From positions 496,001-560,000 of the forward strand of contig NC_047080.1 of the NCBI RefSeq assembly GCF_902459465.1: a stretch of DNA of 64,000 nt, in the 5' to 3' direction. The notes beneath the pieces were generated by a model. That model was not told the DNA's origin. It saw only the letters and a program-made list of their open reading frames with translations, and ran no database searches. The stretch is from Asterias rubens. Its lineage: Eukaryota. Position numbers and translations under genes: made by a program. This document shows, in pieces, positions 1-12,256 of the stretch. Every line of letters begins with the position of its first letter. The first letter of the stretch is position 1.

Positions 1-3000
1 AACAAAGCCAAGACTAGAGCAACAAAGCCAAAACCTACATTGTAGGCAACAAAGCCAAGACCAAGGCAACAAAGATAAAACCAGGGCAATAAAGCCAAGA
101 CCGAGGACACAGGAGCCTAAATTCCAGGATAAATTGAAAGTGACATATACTGAGAACATGGAATACATTATGAGACGTCCTTGCAGATTTTCTCTCAGGT
201 GAACCAAGACGGTCTCAGAATCTTCATTGTTGTCTCACACAAAAAGTCTCTATCTAATTAGACTAGAGTGTTTGTGCTTCAACATAACTCGCACAATTCC
301 CCGCCGCAAAAGGGAGGAAAGGGGAGAGAAAAAATCCCTCTCTTGTGTATCAACAAAAAGTGATCTCATTTACGACAGTAACAGCGTGTCCTCTGGCACC
401 ACGAACATAAACCGTGTTTGTGATTAACCAGCGAGCGAGAACAGAGACACACATGATATAAGGACAACATTAAATTGATACCGTTTTTAATCCCCAGGGG
501 TAAATTACACATGATGCAATTCAGGATTCCTGAACATCCGCTTTACGGACAAATGTCTAAAAGGAGTTGGGAAGATGGGGTGCTGAGAGCCTGCTGTTAC
601 CATTGTTTACAATCGTATCAATAATGTAATTAAGATTATGAAGAATGATTGTAAAATATTAACCAAGGGTAACAGGGCTCGAAATTAACACTTGATACAG
701 GACTGAGGCCAGTGATTTTTTGCATCGATTCCAGTAAACTCAACTGGACAATCCTGTTGGTGTGGTGTTTTTAAATCGCTAGTAACTTTTACTTTAAAAG
801 CAGTTTGCACTAGTGCAACTATCACCAAGCAATTTGTATTTCATTTAACTTGTTGTTATTTAAAAAATAACTTTGGTTGATTTTTTTTTATTTTTTCAGA
901 TTTTAATTTCAAATTTTCTTTGTCATTGAAAAATTTGGTTGCCTGTTTTTTTTTAATAAATCTTAAAATTTGTATTGTTTACCTTTTATTGCAATTTTTT
1001 TGAATTCAGCATAACGAAATTGCTTACATGACAATTTTGCAAATTAAACTGTTCTATACAATTTTTCAAAAAATCTTTATACAAATATACAGTACACCCA
1101 CCTTTTAATGGCATAAAATTGTCAAGGCTCAGAAAGTCCTGTATGATTTTAAAACAAAATTAAGTAGATTTTAAATCGAGTAAAAAGTCTACATTAGTAG
1201 TCACATCATCTAAGCACTAAAAAGAGACTGTTTTGTAATTAGCTTCAGGGGCAAGTGCGGAGTATATTAACGGATGAGAGGGTGACATTTCTGGACAGCC
1301 AGTGGCCAGAACGGTGAAAGGTCAGAAAATGTCAAGCCCATTGAAGCACAAAAACAAATTATTGAGAACAATGTCGTTCATAATGACAGCAAGATTGACC
1401 TATCTGCTAAATCTAGCACGTTCTGCAGCCAGCATGTGTCTGTCGAGGACTTTTTCTTCCAAGACTTTAATTGTACATGGATCATTCACGTTTTTGGGGT
1501 TGATATTTTATCCTTGTCAAGACTTTTAAAGTTCATATTGGAAAGGTCATGCCTATGTTCAATATATTTTTGTGGATTTATTAACTCTCAGGAATGATAA
1601 GAAAATGACTGACTGGAGGCGGGATCAATAAAATGCCATACTTTAGTAGATCTAATCAAGCTGTGCATAAAACTATGTTTTTCCCAAATAATTTTTTAAA
1701 GATGGGTAGTCCAAAAGAACATGGGTAGTCCAAAAGAAAACCCCACACCATGTGAACAGCATACAAACACTTCAAAGATCCATGTTATTTATAAAATCTT
1801 GGTGACTATCCAAAATAATACTTCTCCCTTCAAGATGAAATTCCATCTCGAGGCAACAACCAAGAGGCTTATGTACACGTACTGCCCATATGGACGACCC
1901 CTAAATAGTCTATTACATAGACAGAGCTTTATTGATTTCAGATACTGCATATATTCAGAACTCAGGAATAAGGAAAGAGTGGGACCTTGGCTAAATAATT
2001 CCTGTCTCACAGAGTCTTTGCAGAAGGTGGCTAGGAACATTAAGGTGCATCTTATTACCTTCTGAAGAAAGACGAGGGTTGGAATGAAGGAGGAAGGCAA
2101 CAATAGCAAAGTCTGGTACCCATTTTCTTCATCAAGGCCAGCATGAATTGCACTCTGTGCCTTAAATTGATGAAAACTGTGTTATGTAATCTGTGTGGAA
2201 AATCAAAGGCTGATGCTTTCAGAGAAATCCTAGATTGCTAAAGGTTAAGACATTCCAGAAGAAAATCATTTCATTTTGAAAATGTGTGATGCTGCATTAA
2301 AAATAAGGATCCCTTTTCAGCATTTAGTTGAATGCAGGCAGGGTGCTTTGTTCTTGAAAGGGAAAGGGCTCAAACCAAAGCGCTTTGGTTAAGAGCACCT
2401 CTATGGGAAATATTCTGAATTTCAATTATTGACCATGAATATTCATGAATGAAATATGAATGGACAGATGAGAACAAACTGAGGAACAAAAGAAACCAGA
2501 CTCTTCAAACAATAGGACAGGATGCAATATTTCATAACTTGTGTTTTGATCATGGCAAGTATTGTTCAAAGACCTTGGCCCAGTTTCATACAGCTGTTAA
2601 CATGGTCAAGCAGAGAGCAGTGAGCCTATTTTTCATCAATTGTTTTAATATGCTACTTGAGCGGAATGTTTATAACGGAAATGCTATTTTAACTTGTTTA
2701 TAATGCGTTTCTTTACTATTTAGGCCTACACGTACATGTAAATGTAATTTTCATTTGTGTACACTTCTGAATTTTTCGTAATTATCAAGGAAATAATCAG
2801 GGCCCTTCTGCCATTGACGGCGTGCGTAAAAATGACAATGCTTTGACGTCATGTCTTGGAGTTCACTTTGTTAAATACATTACACAAACTGTTGATCACT
2901 TGTATCTACTGTATCCAGCGTTTGGCAGCAATGTCTTTATAAGCAGAGATACTGACCAATGGCTAAAGGAATTCTTGCTAAAGAGAAGACCAAACGATGA

Positions 3001-5466
3001 AGTGGGTTGTTTATCAGTCAGTCCATCTCGGTCACTATCTCCAACAATCCCCCGGGGGCAAAAACAAGATGGCTTTCGTAATACGCTTGAAGGCTTAGCC
3101 TCGTGAATAAAATATGTTTGCCACATATTAATGACCAGCAAAGGATGACTAAGCATACATTGGGCTACATTTACTAAACATAAACAATGCCACAAATCTA
3201 AGTGCAGTGTAAACAAATCAGAGTTGGTTTTAATAACTGGTTTTAATTATCAACTGCTTTAAAGCTCAAAGTAAAAGTTTGAATTTAGAAATATTCAAAC
3301 ATTGCACAATGCGGCACAAGTTCAAGTAAAGTCATTTTGTATATATGTTACAAGTGTCCCGCACATTAAACCCAGTACATGTTGAAGTATGGACACAAAC
3401 TGTACTGTTAAGTGTGCAGGCCTATGGTGCGTATCGGTAAAATATTTCAGAGGGTAATCAAATTTCCTCATATCATTTACAAGAGGCCATGAAAGATATC
3501 TACTTATAATTGGTTTTCCTTTGCTCTAAATATTTAATCTGTCATGCCTGCAGAAATTCCAGGACTTCATTATTTCTCAAATTTCCACCTCTGAAAGACA
3601 ACTTCCGACAATAAGTTTTGGGCTCATATTATCTGGGTAAATCTTGTTCATCTGGAAACTAAAGATGCTGGTCGCAACCTTGCAAACTAACATAAATGTG
3701 TTTCCCTAACGTGGAGTCGTCCCAACTCTGCACCCTGTCATAAACAGCTCCGAGGCATGATGGTATCCTGGTTACCATGGTGATGAGAGTTACTGACAGC
3801 ATCTCCCCTTTTACCTTTCCAGGTGTCGTATTGGCGATCTGTCTGTCAAACTCACACGCAAACCAAACATCTTATTAAATTTCTTTCCCACAAACCTCCC
3901 CCACTCCCCCAATTTCATTTCATCTATTTATTTTTTCAATTGATCGGCATGGCAGCACCTTCCATCAAATTACATAAAGGAATGAACTGTTCGCTTTTTT
4001 GTTGTTGGTGATTTTTCTAATTTTTTCTATTGTTGTGAGTTTATTGATACAAACCATCAACAACGTCATAACCGCATACGTACTGCTCGTACAGTGTATA
4101 TGTAACGGCCTGCATACGTACATGTATTTCATTTTATCGTTTGAAATAGGCAGTGTTGGCATGGTGCAAAACATGTAGGCTACATCGTAAATCGCTTTTT
4201 GCCTTTTCACAAATCATTTTAGACTGGTAGCCAGGCTAGTGACCAAACTCACCAAGTTGGGAACAAACACAGAAACCAACCAGACTTCAATTACATACAC
4301 AACAAATCATTGACAGGCAGCAATTTAGCTTTTTCTCGCTCAACTATGGAATGTTTGTGATCGTTACGAAGGCATGATTGGGTTTTGACCATGAAGAGCT
4401 TCTAAAGTATGTAGTTTCTAATCAAGGAACTGTCAGATGAAGGGGGGGGGGGGTGAGATATGAAAACTAAACCCAACTGCCTTCATCAAAAATATTTGAT
4501 ACACAGACATTCTGTGAAGTTATTACCTGTAAATCAATCATTACGACCTAGAGCTACAGAGTCGATCTATTTGAAAGTTTAATCCAAATCAGCATCATAC
4601 GTGCTTTGAGTACACTATGTACAATGTAGAATCAAACCTGGCTTCAAACAACCACAAGAGGGCCTCCTTTAAACAGTTTCATGTACAAACCTCTGATCTG
4701 AACAGCTGTTGTAAATTGTTCAGTACAGGTCACAGACATTGTACTATCATACTTGGTTTTAATCCAGGTTTTATATTAACTCATACGTAGATCCTTGTCA
4801 TTTGATTGGTGGAACATGTGTCACATGACGTCTTTTGCCGCGTACAATGTACAATATATAATATTTACTGCACATTGTTGGACGGTCAACAATGTATGAA
4901 AATGAATATAGGATTTTCTTTGCTTAATTGCCGGTGTTGTTCCCAAAACATATCAGTTCCACTTGTTCGTCCAAACAAGGCAAGGTTAAATTGAGTGACA
5001 TGTTTTTGTGTCTTCCTTTCGCTTATTTTTAAAGTGAAATCAGGCTTTTCATTTTATTCAGATTTTCTATGTAAAAAATAAATGGTTGCAACAATTCACT
5101 CACATGCAGCCATGGCAGCTATTGTAATTCATTTAGCAAAGGGCAATTCCATTGGAAAATCTTTAAGTCTATGAAAAACATCTGAATGGCACCAAGATCA
5201 AGACCAGGGCAACAGAGCCGAGGGCAACAGAGCCGAGGGCAACAGAGCCGATGGCCTCACTGGCTTTAGTGTAATTCCAGGCCTGCAAAAGATTACTGCA
5301 CTTGGGCCTACACGTACTTGTACGTGTACGGTTTAGTGGATCTTTGGAGCTGTGATGTCATCCATGTACTGTACTTCTCTGGCCTGGTCAATAAACCTAC
5401 AACAGGTGACATCGAAGATCTGCAATTAGCATCATTCACAGAAGACAATCATGAATGTATCCTTAC

Positions 5467-8400
5467 CTTGTCCATTATACTTGCAGATGCCATTGTGCTC
5501 AATGTATGGATGTATACATGGTCCACACCCCCTTGATGCTTTGCTGCATTCAGATCTCCTTTGATTTGTACAGGTTTGAATGGAGGGACAGATAGTTCCT
5601 GCAGCTGCTTCACCTGCAGGTGCCAAACAATAAATGTGAAAAGATTTAGAAAACATTTCAAATGCGAACGGCTACTTCGCTTTACCATCATGATGAAGGA
5701 TAGTATTATGTCCTAAGCAACTGCAATGCATCACAATTAACAATTAGTAGCTGCAGCTGTATTCACTACTTTGGATACAGCTTACGCTGACAGGTTTTAG
5801 CCAGGATTTGGTCAAACTAAAGGGGTAAAAATTTGCTTGAAATTTAAAAACCGACGTCCAAGTGGTTCACTTACATGTGATGTAATAGACAGATCAAACA
5901 GAGTGCCAAAATTTAAAACAGGGTGTCTAAAAAGACACCCAGAAACCCTTCCAGCAATCAGGGAGATGTTATACAACAAGTTTCTATATACTCAGCACCT
6001 TGAGTACCTTGTTTGGTAGATATGTGCGCTATATAAGACTTTGTTTATTATTATAATACGTACGACAACAATACATACGACAACCAGGGAAATATTTAGA
6101 ACATTCAGCATGTGAATTAGGGAAAGTTTCTACTTAAGCAGGGTCTGGATTTATCCAAATTTAGTTTATTTTCAGGGCACTTCTTGCAGAATCAGGACCA
6201 GTTGGCAGCAATTGATTAATTAATCTAATCAAAAAGCCCTCCATTACCAGCTATCAGTTATCAGAGGCTATCATACTAAAACATATTGATGTCAAGAGCT
6301 TACAGGATTGTCCCAATATGCCATAATAGTTCCATTCATACCATAAAAAGAACAGGCATGGCAGAGGCTTGGTATTGAGGCTTGGCATTTGTGTTGTATC
6401 CACTATCACCCAACTCTATTGACAGAATCAACAATGATATTTTGGGGTAGGGCCCTGTTTCCACAGTGCAAGAAGAATGTAGTGTCTGATCTGTACTCTG
6501 CTAGGCAGACAAATACGGTATAATGTACAAATACGGTACAAACAAATATGGTACAATGTACTGTGTTATTAACACTGTCAGCCAAGTAAATGTTCCTCGA
6601 CCTTGAAGAGGGCTGCGTTCATTTATTGGGATGGGGAGAAAGGTACCCCCGTGAAGGAGTTTGTATCAACGTTCAGTAGGGTAATGCATCATAGATTCAA
6701 AGAGTTCTAGACTTGGGAGGTGAAAATAATGCAACAGGTCAATTTAAATTAAGTGTACAAACAAGCTTAAAACGGATTGCATACTGATTTTTTTCAACAA
6801 GGTTCACATTTTAGGCTTTAATTGAGCTTCCATTCTGAACATACTTTCTGGCAAGTGAACTTTAAATCACTGCACTTTGCAAGCCTGAGTAAACTTGAAA
6901 GGGCGCTTGCTTTGTGAACCAGAAACACCAGTAACTGCCAGTGCTTAAACTTCTACCTGCCTATTCTTCCATGACAAGTGTTCAAGGTTCTTTTACATGC
7001 ACCACCAGTCCTAGTAGAAGGAACCTACAGCGTACTATTTGTCCCATCCAAAGGACAATACGGTTTCTTGTTCAAGGACAATTAGGTGAACAGGGCTGCC
7101 ATAACGTCCGTCGATATATCGAAAATACTCAAAAACTCGATATTTTTTTGACATCGAAATCGCCGATGTCACTTTTATAATCATATCGTAATATCGGATT
7201 TTCGATATATATCGAAAAATTTCGATGTTTTGAAAATTTCGATGTTCCTAAATGATATCGAAAATACCAAAAGAGTGTCCGATTATTTAAAAGAAATCTG
7301 TGTTTGAGTATTAGAAAAGCCGTCGTCGTTATGTAGTTTCATCATTTTGAGTTGCCCTATTAAATAAAATACGTTTTACAAGCAAGTATGTCTGCATGTT
7401 CTTTGTGTTTTCGCCATCAGCCGCCGGCCCGCCGCAGAAGTTCACGACCCCGCGGCGAGCGCACGGTAAAACCTCAAAAGAAACAGCCGCTGCTGCCCTA
7501 GCCTATCGGCTGTTTAAACGGATGCAACTTCCCATCGTGCATGTGATCAAAATCAATGCGTCTTCATCACAGCATTATTGACTTTGCAAAAATACCCCGC
7601 AAAAACTTCCCCGAATCAACAAGACAAAACAAAACAAGGAAGAAAACAATCTTACAATAATCTTTCTATCAATCCAAGGTATCGTAATGGCGTCATTTTG
7701 GTCAAATAAAGCCTACACGTTGTGTTGTTTTCGGTAAACAAGCTAACATTTCCGAGGAACTATATGCTTCGCAGACCACGCTGTCGGCGGCTATTGCGTG
7801 CGTACCAGCGAAGACTATGCTGTTGTACGGTTTAAGCGTGCACACCAGCGTGTATGGTTATTGCAATTCGGGGGGAAAACCCGTTTGCCCAAGCATGCGC
7901 AGACACATGCAGTCTTTGGTCAAGGCGGTACCGCGTGATGCACTGCGTTATTTCGACAATAGAGGGCGTTCTAGCATTCAATGTTTCTTGCCTTGGTTAT
8001 AGAATGCAAAGTAAAAAGACTACGAGCCTTTATTGGAGACTATGTGACTGCATGCTGCGTGCGTTGTATATTGTGATCGCTGAGTGGTAGGTCTGTGTTT
8101 TGCGGGACTTTCTAGTGATTTTTTTTTCGATGATTATCTCAACCATTTTCAACCGTAAAGGTAGTCCGCGCGCCCGTCGGACAACTTGATTGACACTTCT
8201 ACGTCAATGCATCGGCAACTGACACCTTAATGTCGGCGAGTCACGCAACTCACAAAGGCTCTGTGTCATTTTGAGACGGCCAATCATGGCCAATCACGAA
8301 TCGAGAATTGTGGTGAGCGTTCACCAATTGGCCAAGCCAGCGGTAGCGGCGATCATACTTTGTTGTAAAACCAGAAATAATCGGGGCGGGACTACGCAAT

Positions 8401-10065
8401 CTGAAATTGTTTGGACTACAAACAAGTTCGGGGGATCAGACAAAAACAAGTTGAAATGTAACCCTATTAAACTGTCAGTCTATGGTATAAATATTTCTAC
8501 CTCCATGAGTATACCAAGTGCTGTTTTTAGGCTTCCATCTTGCGCGCGGGAAATACTCGATATATCGAGTATACTCGATATTAAATTTTCGATATATCGA
8601 TAATGGGAAAAAACCGACATCGACGGACGTTAGGCTGCCATGGCTTGCGCTCTTAGCAACTAAGCCATGACACCCTGTTTGTCAGACCTGTACCCTGTTT
8701 TATCTCTCATTTACATTTAATGTATTGTAAACAACTAGGACGGACCCAGTTTTAAAATTTTAGTCAATAATTGTCTTAGCATTGTGCATTATAACTTTTT
8801 AAAGGGAGTATCATAGATAAGTTTTTGTCAGCATATTTTTTAACGTCACATATGTCACTTGTCAAATCATCAGGTTTTCAAATATAGCGTCATCGTGCTG
8901 AGAAAACTGACGAAAGAAAAGTCTTAGTATTTTCACAGCATTGTCAAATCTATCTCTACGTTTAGAGAAGTAATAAAGAGGTTACCATCTTTTGACGCAG
9001 CATAAAGAAATGAACAGCAAGCAACCCTCATCAAACTAAAAACTGATCCATGCATGAATCATTTATCAGATTTGAATGTTGTCTGGTGTAAATTTTTTCA
9101 AACCATAATTACTAACGTGATACTGGTCAACAGCAGTACTTCTCACCCAGTAAGTTTTTATGGCGAACAACTTACCAGGAGTGCGTTTTGGCGACCCCAA
9201 CCAGAAACATTGGTTATCTGTCGAGCGTTTTCGCGTGTTCAGGTTGAGCGCGGTGACGATGCTGTTCAGACCAACCGCACCGGTAACCGAATTGTTGAGT
9301 TGGTTGGGCTTTGGTTGGGGTCGCCAAAATGCACTCCAATAAATACCCATTGGAAAAGTTTCCATATGGCACCACCAATTTTTCATTCGATATGAAATAA
9401 TATAGTATCTAATTTACCTCAATGAGATATCCCTTTTTGTATAAAAGGGTGAAAAAGTGGAGGCGCCATACGGAAAGTTATCCTACCCTTTTCACTCATT
9501 TTTACAAAAAGGGATCTCATTGATTGAGGTAAACTAGATACTATATTATTTCATATCGAATGAACAAGTGGTGGCGCCATACAGAAACTTTTCTGAAATC
9601 ATTTAACTAACGACCCTCAACCTGAAAATAAAATTTTGACTGTAAAAATAAACTAAATGTATTTAAAAAAGCTGTTTGTTTTGATCGCAAAACTGAATAC
9701 AAAGTACATGTTGATGTTCTACTTTACATCAATTGTAAATCATTGGTGCAATTTCCCCAGAGTAAAGCTGACATTTATTGAACACCCACCACAGGGATTT
9801 ACCTCAACACCGAAAACAACCTGCCATGCCCACTGCCCACTCAGTTGTGCATGAAATACTGGCCGAATGCAGAGCGCTGCCGCCTGGCTGCACACACACA
9901 CACAGCAAACCAATGGCAGGTCAAGCCGGCTGGCAAAAAAAAACAAGTGGAAAAAGAAGATAATTTTTAGAACTTACCAGAAACGTTTCCCACTAAAAAG
10001 AACAGCAAATGATGCAGCATAATTACACATGCCAGTGAGGTGACTGACACTATTTTCCCCGTCAT
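5467..10065 (-). CDS. NPDC1: Neural proliferation differentiation and control protein 1-like, 5' part only (exons 1-2); the rest probably lies left of the window
   Basis: Exon 1 at 10065-9978 encodes a signal-peptide-like MTGKIVSVTSLACVIMLHHLLFFLVGNVS and ends at a phase-1 donor (G|gtaagt). Exon 2 at 5613-5467 (147 nt, cacctgcag acceptor, AAG|gtaagg donor, phase 1-1) encodes GEAAAGTICPSIQTCTNQRRSECSKASRGCGPCIHPYIEHNGICKYNGQ. This matches the NPDC1 N-terminal Cys pattern C-x4-C-x3-RR-x2-C...CGPC-x2-P-x2-E...G-x-C, recalled from human NPDC1. I found no transmembrane or cytoplasmic exons in the window. Confidence 0.7.
7091..8642. mobile_element. Non-autonomous DNA transposon (hAT-like) in NPDC1 intron 1
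   Basis: Imperfect terminal inverted repeats: CAGGGCTGCCATAACGTCCGTCGAT at the left end and CATGGCAGCCTAACGTCCGTCGAT (reverse complement) at the right end. Both subterminal regions are packed with TCGATA/TATCGA motifs and the interior is CpG-rich. No transposase ORF and no clear TSD. Confidence 0.6.
9178..9337. mobile_element. MITE with GGAGTGCGTTTTGGCGACCCCAACC terminal inverted repeats
   Basis: 25-bp near-perfect inverted repeats at both ends of a 160-bp segment. Confidence 0.7.
9349..9595. mobile_element. Two adjacent, oppositely oriented copies (one full, one partial) of a ~130-bp MITE with GGATAACTTTCCGTATGGCGCCACCAC-type ends
   Basis: Both copies align to the copy at about 41268-41400 and share the internal tttttacaaaaagggat and tatattatttcatatcgaatgaa blocks. 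Confidence 0.7.
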
Positions 10066-10236
10066 TTTCAGCGGTTAATTTTGACGCCAAACTGAGCGAA
10101 TTTCAATTAACGTAGCTCACCGGACGGTGTCCTCCATGTTACCGTGAAGTTTCGACGGCTGTTTGGTGTTTCATCATACGGCCCAAAAACGTAAAAACGC
10201 CTTTACTTGCGCCCTCTGCTGTCTGGTGATACATCT

Positions 10237-10352
10237 GGGTGCGTTTTGGCGGTCGTGCGCGTAATAACCAATACTTAGGTCACTGGCCAGAACCGATGAC
10301 ATGTTCAACCGCCGAAACAGAGTTATTAGTTACGACCGCCAAAACGCATCCC
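10237..10352. mobile_element. MITE with GGGTGCGTTTTGGCGGTCGT terminal inverted repeats, upstream of the NPDC1 start
   Basis: About 20-bp inverted repeats; a matching half-copy (acgaccgccaaaacacaccc) occurs near 44027-44046. Confidence 0.65.
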
Positions 10353-12256
10353 TGGTAGACTCCATCTGAATTTAGCATTCCCTTTTTTATATTATAATAA
10401 TGCAGGCACAATTTTTTTTATATGGAATGTATAGTGTGCGATTGGAGTGAAAAAGAAACCCGTTTGTCGCAGACTTTGTGTTGTCCTTACTCCATTTATA
10501 GCATTGTGTGACATGAACAGAGTCCCAAGTTGCTACACATAACTTTTCTAAGTATCAAGTGAGGTCGCTTCTCCAGGTAAAGTAAACAAATTATGTCAAT
10601 CATTAGAATTATTAACAATTCGGATTCCGTATAAAAATGTGCGTTTAATTTAAACAATCTTGTAAAACATCGATCTCACAATGCTTTGCCTCAAATCCCA
10701 TTATAAAAGTATATAAAATAGTAACAGAACATAATACAAAATGAACGTGAATGTCTGAGTCTTTGATTCTTACTTTAAAAGTGTGAACACGCGAGAACTT
10801 AGTTTGTGCACAAGTTCAGGAACCATTAGGGACCATTGAAGTACTGCAGAATCCTTGCTGTTTTCGGATACGCTCAGTTTTCTGTTGCGTTTAGTTATTT
10901 GAATGTGAGGTTACAGTCTTCTATAACCTTCTATAACCCGTTTTCATAAGGAATTGGAAAATGAGTGGATCTTTAAGTGCAAAACCACCATTAATAGTTC
11001 AATTAAATTATGAAAAAACTTCGATAGAAACATTCTCAGACGTTCAACGCCCAAGAAACTTGTTATAAACACCGGCTAGATGAGCCACATTAACTCGGGA
11101 CAGACTTGACTTTATTGTTTTTCCTCCTCCTTTCTTACTAATTGCGGTGATCCTTCATCCACCGTCCCACCCCGATTCCCTTAACCTCGCCTTAGCCCAC
11201 AAACCCTCCCCAAAAGTTGTAATCACTACTGCTCAACCTATCACCCCTTTCATCAAAGCACTGATAAAAATAGATCCAACGTGTGTGGTGAATCCCATAC
11301 AAAACAATTGAATCGACTTTAACGGTACATTATTAGCGAGTTCCATGAATAATTAACGAAAAGGCCCGAATCAGAATCGATCTCTGCCGAGCGACCGATC
11401 GACTTTTCCCAGTCAGACAAAGAGTTCTTTCTCGCCCGGTGTGTGTTCTAACAAGCCGAACTGCCTATAACAGCACCCACTAAGAATTCAATCAATTTGA
11501 CAACAGCCTTGTTTCATCTCTAAGCATCTCTTGAAGGTGTATGGAGGGGATATTCAACGCTATACATAAACAGTGCTTTTAACGATTTCTGATACGAGCA
11601 GAGAAACTTAGTGTCCACTTTGTTCAAAGTTTTATGGACGATTCGATTCAAACAAGAGGGGAGATATTTTGAATTTTACATGTTTACCACAACTTCTAAC
11701 AGACTTTCGTTCGGTATACGTGGATTACTTACTTTGATAAACTTTGATCTACCATACTTGGTGTTATTTACTAATTTAAGTATTATTGCTTCCTCGTTTG
11801 TATCTTTGGTCCAATGTGCGTCACCCGTGCCCCTCATCCCATCCACCTCCCAACCCCTCCCAGCCCTCCTTCATGTGCTCAGTTTTGGCGGCTGAATAAA
11901 AGGCGATTATTGTATCGTCAGTGAAATTTTTCGACCATAGTGCCAATGCTTGCATACATTGTAACCATAACAAAACACTGACATGCTTGTAAAACATAAC
12001 CCCGAATAAGCTCATGTTGCGACCGGACAAGTAACAAGTGGAGAACATTGTTTTAATATCAATGTGACGCCAGTGTCTTCTTTGTTGACGTGTTTTTTCT
12101 TTTCTAACAAGTAGTTCTGGACGTGAACATAATGCAACGATTCCGGTTTTTGTGATGGCACAAAAGGACAATCGGTTGTGCAGTTTTCATCATCACAACT
12201 TCTCCCTTCAACGATAGAGTTATTTTGATGATCTAGAGAGACTGAAGTATTTAACA

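Noticed and set aside
1286-1597. 104-codon plus-strand open frame as an exon
   Set aside because: No start codon, no convincing partner exons and no recognisable similarity.
3815-3838. 24-nt minus-strand microexon as NPDC1 exon 3 (DRQYDTWK)
   Set aside because: It is phase-compatible, but such short GT-AG-bounded segments arise by chance and nothing supports it.
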